A stretch of DNA of 63,345 bases, the filler included, from Choristocarpus tenellus KU-1152 (taxonomy: Eukaryota; Protista; Phaeophyceae), in NCBI GenBank assembly GCA_964200185.2. It is 12 parts of 12 records of this genome, joined end to end, with 100 filler letters (N's around TTAATTAATTAA, not from the genome) between each part and the next. Parts side by side here need not be neighbours in the genome. Positions count along the whole stretch, not along the records: positions 53,761 to 60,434 come from CAXNAD020007596.1; positions 60,535 to 63,345 come from CAXNAD020024548.1; 10 more parts are not named here. One strand, given 5' to 3'. Shown one piece after another: positions 60,108 through 63,345 of the stretch. The notes under the pieces were generated by a model. The model did not search any database. It was not told the origin of the DNA and saw only the letters and a list, made by a program, of their open reading frames with translations. Position numbers and translations under genes: made by a program. Position 1 is the first letter of the stretch; each line of letters starts with the position of its first letter.

Positions 60108-60265
60108 TGTTACAGGCGAATAGCGCGAGGGTTTCTTCTTGTATTTGAATGAAGTGCGAGCATTTGTTACACGCGAATAGCGCGAGCATTTTCTCCTCAA
60201 GTTTGAGGAAATACGAACATTTGTAACAGACGTATAGTGTGAGGATTGTTTCTCGAGTTCTGATA
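60108..60265. repeat. ~57-bp degenerate tandem repeat x ~3
   Basis: TGTTACA.GCGAATAGCGCGAG recurs. Confidence 0.75.
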
Positions 60266-60815
60266 AGTACGATCTATATACGATATTAGTAACACATAAT
60301 AGGTAGCCTTACATAATATGTTATTATTTTGAGAGGATGTAAGTTAGATAAATTAAGAAGATATATGAATAAGTTATTATTTTGAGAAGATGCAGAGTAA
60401 GATTCGGAATACCTACGTAACAATACAGAGGAAANNNNNNNNNNNNNNNNNNNNNNNNNNNNNNNNNNNNNNNNNNNNTTAATTAATTAANNNNNNNNNN
60501 NNNNNNNNNNNNNNNNNNNNNNNNNNNNNNNNNNACAAAAAAAAAAAAAATCCCCCAAACCTCCGCCCCCCCCCCACCCCCCCCCCCCCCCCCCCCCCAG
60601 ATATTTTGACCCATTCACTGCATGTGTGATGTTACATGCTAGAGCTAGTTGACTATTTTTAAAATATGAGAGGTAGGGGATGTGTTGCTGAAAGAAACAA
60701 ATGTATCAATCAAAATCATACATGCCACCATGCACCAATATTGGATGCAGTCACCCTACAACCTGCCTATGCCCTAATCTTAGTTCTTGGAATGTTTCTT
60801 GTTCTGTACCCTCAC

Positions 60816-63043
60816 CTGCACAACACAGGCAAGATCAGCCGAAAAGTCCTGAATGAGCAAATTGTGTTTTTTCTCAAGTTCATCAGCAATGCCGGGTCGA
60901 AGCACCAGGTCAGCAAAACAATCCAAGAGTCGGAATCTCCCTCGTACAGTCGGACAGTCATCAAATCCTTGGTTTAACACAGAGGCCAGCCGTTGCTCAA
61001 GATGTTTAACCCGAGACCTGGACAATATGTTGAATAATCTTGTTTTTTTCTAGGCTTGGGAATGTCATGCCCTATATTCAGAAGTTCATTCGCAGTATGG
61101 TTTACCTTGTGTTCAATAGCTGAGTCCAGATTGTGGTGTGAAAAAGAGGTTGATGGAAAATAGTGATTTCTGAAATAGCGATTTCTGAAAGGGAAACAGA
61201 TACTGTTGGGCAGGGTACACAGATACAGTTTGCAAAGCCATGCCATTCCTCCCTGTGTTGTTAAGCTCAGACTGTTTTCTCTCATATGTTTATCTACCTT
61301 ATTCCTTCCAACTTGGTTTATTGAAGGGGTTTTTTCATAATGCGTGTCCAACAAACCACAACAGTCTGCGTGAACCACTGCTCTTACTGTGCTGCCATTT
61401 CTGCTGCGACTACAGTACAATAGAAATATAGACTTCATTGTACCATAGTATGTAATACATCATGATGATACCTATGACGTCTTGTTAATGGTTACTCTAA
61501 TGCGTATCCTTCTGGGATAGGACAGTCAAGCAACAACCCATTGCACCTTGTTCTGCAAACAACCTCCCACCACCCCTGACTTTGTGAAGAATCCATCCCT
61601 AACCCAAAGTAACCTGAACTTGAAGAAGTTCTCCTCAAACCCTTTAGCCTCAATGTCCATGATGTCGTAATCATATCCCCTCACAAGCTCAACGGCAAGG
61701 GTGAAATCCGAGTGAATCTGCTCCACACATGCGGTCAGAATCTTGCCCTTCGTACCTCCTACTTCCACTTTCACCAGCTTCAGTCGGGATTCATTAGGTA
61801 GGGCAAGTACAAGTCCAGTGAGCCAATAGGATGGAATCACTTCGCCCAATGCAATAATCAGTACGAGATATGCCAAGGTTGGGACATAAGACTAGAGAAG
61901 GTTGAATCAAAATTGTTATGTTTTTCATAAGTAGGAACACATCCAATAGTGTATATATGGATTGATAAATTAGAACGTGTGCACCTTGCAACCTCCCAAA
62001 CCCTAGCCCCACCCCTTGCCCTATCCTCATCGTGACTCATGAGGTAGCAGTGGTGAGAGTGTGTTGTCAATAAAACAACTTGATTTCACAGTAAGACTTG
62101 TACTTCAGGTTCGCACATGAGGATGACCGAGGGATAGTCTTATTTGTGGAAGACCACCAATGCTGTGCTGCTACCTTTTCACCCCCCAAAAAAATCATTG
62201 CACAACAGCCTATATTGTTGACCAAGGGTGTGAAACAAGGACTGTGGAGCTCTAAATAGGTATGGGTGGCTTAGAGTATTCGTGGAGTGGTTCAAAAGAG
62301 TATAGTTTCCCTACACAAAAGATGAGATTTCAAGTATACCACTTGACCATAGCTATACACTTACAATATTATAATGCTCTTGGTTTCTACTGTGGCAGTG
62401 AACGGAAATCGGAATATTCCCAAAAAATTCACTTTGGACATGGTACGACACCAACCTTTTCTTCTTCTTTCCATTAGACACTTCCCCATGGACAAAACCA
62501 GCCATTACAAATAATTATCAAGTCGCAAAACCAGTTGATTCACAGCTTGAGTGCACAATTCAAACTTCAGTATCACAATGGAAGGGATATCCCTGTGCAA
62601 ACTGCCTTTCAATATAGAATACCCTAGCATTACTATGCAGAGTCCTCCAGTAGTTATGTCATGGAGAAGAGGGCATGCATCTTGGATCCTGACATGTTAT
62701 GTTCAATTTATGGACAATGTCATCACGCAACCCCTCTGCCTTCAACAAGTCATTTTCCAGATATGAAGCATGCAGTAATAAATTGTTCTAAGCATAATAT
62801 CAACACGACAGCCCAGCCATGTCACCACACTCCAATTTTGCATACTCAAGGATGATGTATGGTCAATACCTTCTGGAACTGCACAATAGTCTCGGTGAGG
62901 TCGAGTACATCATGGCATCTTTCTAGAAACATGTCAAGGCGGGAAAAGATAGCATTATTCTGAGCTCGCCAAGGGTTTGACGGACAATGCATCACTGCAT
63001 GAGCCTTGTATTCAAAGTACACAGACTTGAATTGTCCCAGAAC
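60816..63043 (-). CDS. Axonemal (outer-arm-type) dynein heavy chain, three internal exons of the N-terminal tail (62870-63043, 61614-61777, 60816-61017)
   Basis: Spliced peptide FKSVYFEYK...NPWRAQNNAIFSRLDMFLERCHDVLDLTETIVQFQKLVKVEVGGTKGK...YDIMD...FRSRVKHLEQRLASVLNQGFDDC; GT-AG introns with matching phases. Confidence 0.92.
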
Positions 63044-63282
63044 CTGCTCATCCGAGACAGCACATCGAAGTACACAGCTAGGGGTGAACGAAGAGATTCT
63101 TGCTCACAGTGTGTTTTTATTGGGGAGGCAGTTGTAGAGAGGGAAATACAGGCTCAAGGTAGACTATATTATGGTATTTGGAGTGGGGAGAGCAGGAAAG
63201 GGGTTTTGGTGGTAAGCATTGTGGAAGTAATAATGGACCTATCTCAATCGTTGCAGTATCTTTTTTGTCATCAATCTTGAAA

Positions 63283-63345
63283 GGCTCAAAGTATCTGGGA
63301 GGGGGTGGCGGCTGTCCATTTGGGGTCAATTTTTTCATGTCGCGA
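63283..63345. mobile_element. MITE family B, cut by the window end; further isolated termini at ~22830-22850 and ~60590-60612
   Basis: GGCTCAAAGTATCTGGG terminus. Confidence 0.85.

Larger units (their letters stand above)
9550..60534. other. Span containing 11 artificial contig linkers: 9550-9649, 15585-15684, 22707-22806, 26654-26753, 30112-30211, 39345-39444, 44033-44132, 46808-46907, 50326-50425, 53661-53760, 60435-60534
   Basis: Identical N44-TTAATTAATTAA-N44 blocks with stops in all frames. Genes are cut at these points and unrelated genes resume. Confidence 0.97.

Noticed and set aside
61526-61876. tRNA-binding OB-fold protein
   Set aside because: The segment splices in phase into the dynein heavy chain.

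Overview
Intron-rich eukaryotic nuclear DNA from an organism with flagellated cells. A brown-alga-like stramenopile is my best guess, but this is unproven. The window is not one locus: it is 12 contigs joined by 11 identical 100-nt linkers (N44-TTAATTAATTAA-N44), so neighbourhood across gaps cannot be trusted. Genes rebuilt from GT-AG exon chains: one complete 10-exon atypical Hsp70 (650 aa, no EEVD or HDEL), and partial MscS-like channel, RAD51D-like, high-Mr thioredoxin reductase, PI4-kinase, pirin and axonemal dynein heavy chain genes. There is also a tRNA-Gly(CCC). Most of the rest is transposon-derived: two MITE families (12 and about 10 copies) that share termini, nest in each other and make 3- or 4-bp target duplications; two decayed DD39D mariners; a Gypsy pol fragment; a tyrosine-recombinase (DIRS/Ngaro-like) remnant; a MULE-like remnant; and a 4.3-kb long-TIR element. 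The best novelty leads are the MITE pair, a short bacterial TraC-like insert beside pirin, and the Ssb-like Hsp70. No complete new multi-gene system can be shown from this fragmented sequence.
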